The notes under the pieces were generated by a model that was not told the DNA's origin, searched no databases, and saw only the letters and a list, made by a program, of their open reading frames with translations. From NCBI RefSeq assembly GCF_963853765.1, contig NC_088854.1:16306001-16370000 (forward strand): a stretch of 64,000 bases of DNA. Reading direction: 5' to 3'. Below, one piece after another: positions 63,801-64,000 of this stretch (positions are counted from its first letter, which is position 1; each line of letters starts with the position of its first letter). Both the position numbers and the translations under genes were made by a program. Source of the stretch: Magallana gigas (taxonomy: Eukaryota).

Positions 63801-63875
63801 TTCTTCGAGTCTTACTCACATTTCTACCCTCTCTACTCGAATACCCCAGGGATCCGTACACTCATCTAAATTACC
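60872..63875 (-). CDS. STOM: Stomatin / band 7 / MEC-2-like SPFH protein, paralogue C (3' part; 5' exons lie beyond the window) with two alternative copies of exon 6
   Basis: Exon 6a 63875-63820 ([18 protein letters not shown]), exon 6b 62170-62115 ([18 protein letters not shown]), exon 7 61359-61281 ([26 protein letters not shown]), exon 8 61069-60872 ([21 protein letters not shown]...[13 protein letters not shown]). Confidence 0.9.
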
Positions 63876-64000
63876 CTGTCAACAGAATTGTTTGCAACAC
63901 TCTCTTAACATATTTAGTAAGTTTTTAAAAATATATTTCCAATCAAAATGAAGACTTAAGGCCCAAGAGCCTCTAAATATGTACATTATTAATGTAAGTA

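Noticed and set aside
1-64000. tRNA, rRNA or other structural RNA genes
   Set aside because: None recognised by eye. A covariance-model scan (tRNAscan-SE, Infernal) would be needed to exclude them.

Overview
AT-rich (intron-containing) animal genomic DNA, most likely a bivalve mollusc of the Crassostrea/Magallana oyster type. That assignment is inferred from Cg170-like ~166-bp satellite arrays inside Helentron-type repeats. From left to right the window holds: the 3' coding end of an unidentified Ser/Arg-rich protein (open from base 1); an intronless class A GPCR; an 11-exon type I membrane protein (signal peptide, 4 PAN/apple, 2 CUB, TM, short tail; 726 aa by manual splicing); and three tandem minus-strand stomatin/MEC-2 paralogues, the third running off the right edge. 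Between stomatins A and B lies an apparently intact 5.35-kb PIF/Harbinger transposon (37817-43166) with TIRs and an intact DDE transposase. Its accessory gene has two C2HC zinc-finger exons that can be joined in frame either to the usual Myb/SANT domain or, through an internal donor, to an IAP/RNF34-type RING exon. This is the strongest candidate for an undescribed system. Other highlights are a duplicated, necessarily mutually exclusive 56-nt exon in the third stomatin, an IS3EU-like foldback element built from inverted 21-bp arrays with a 6-bp TSD, and several unrelated palindromic elements whose mismatches are tandem G.A pairs capped by GNA/GTTA loops. There are two assembly gaps. All exon structures were derived by hand from GT-AG sites and frame continuity, without RNA evidence.
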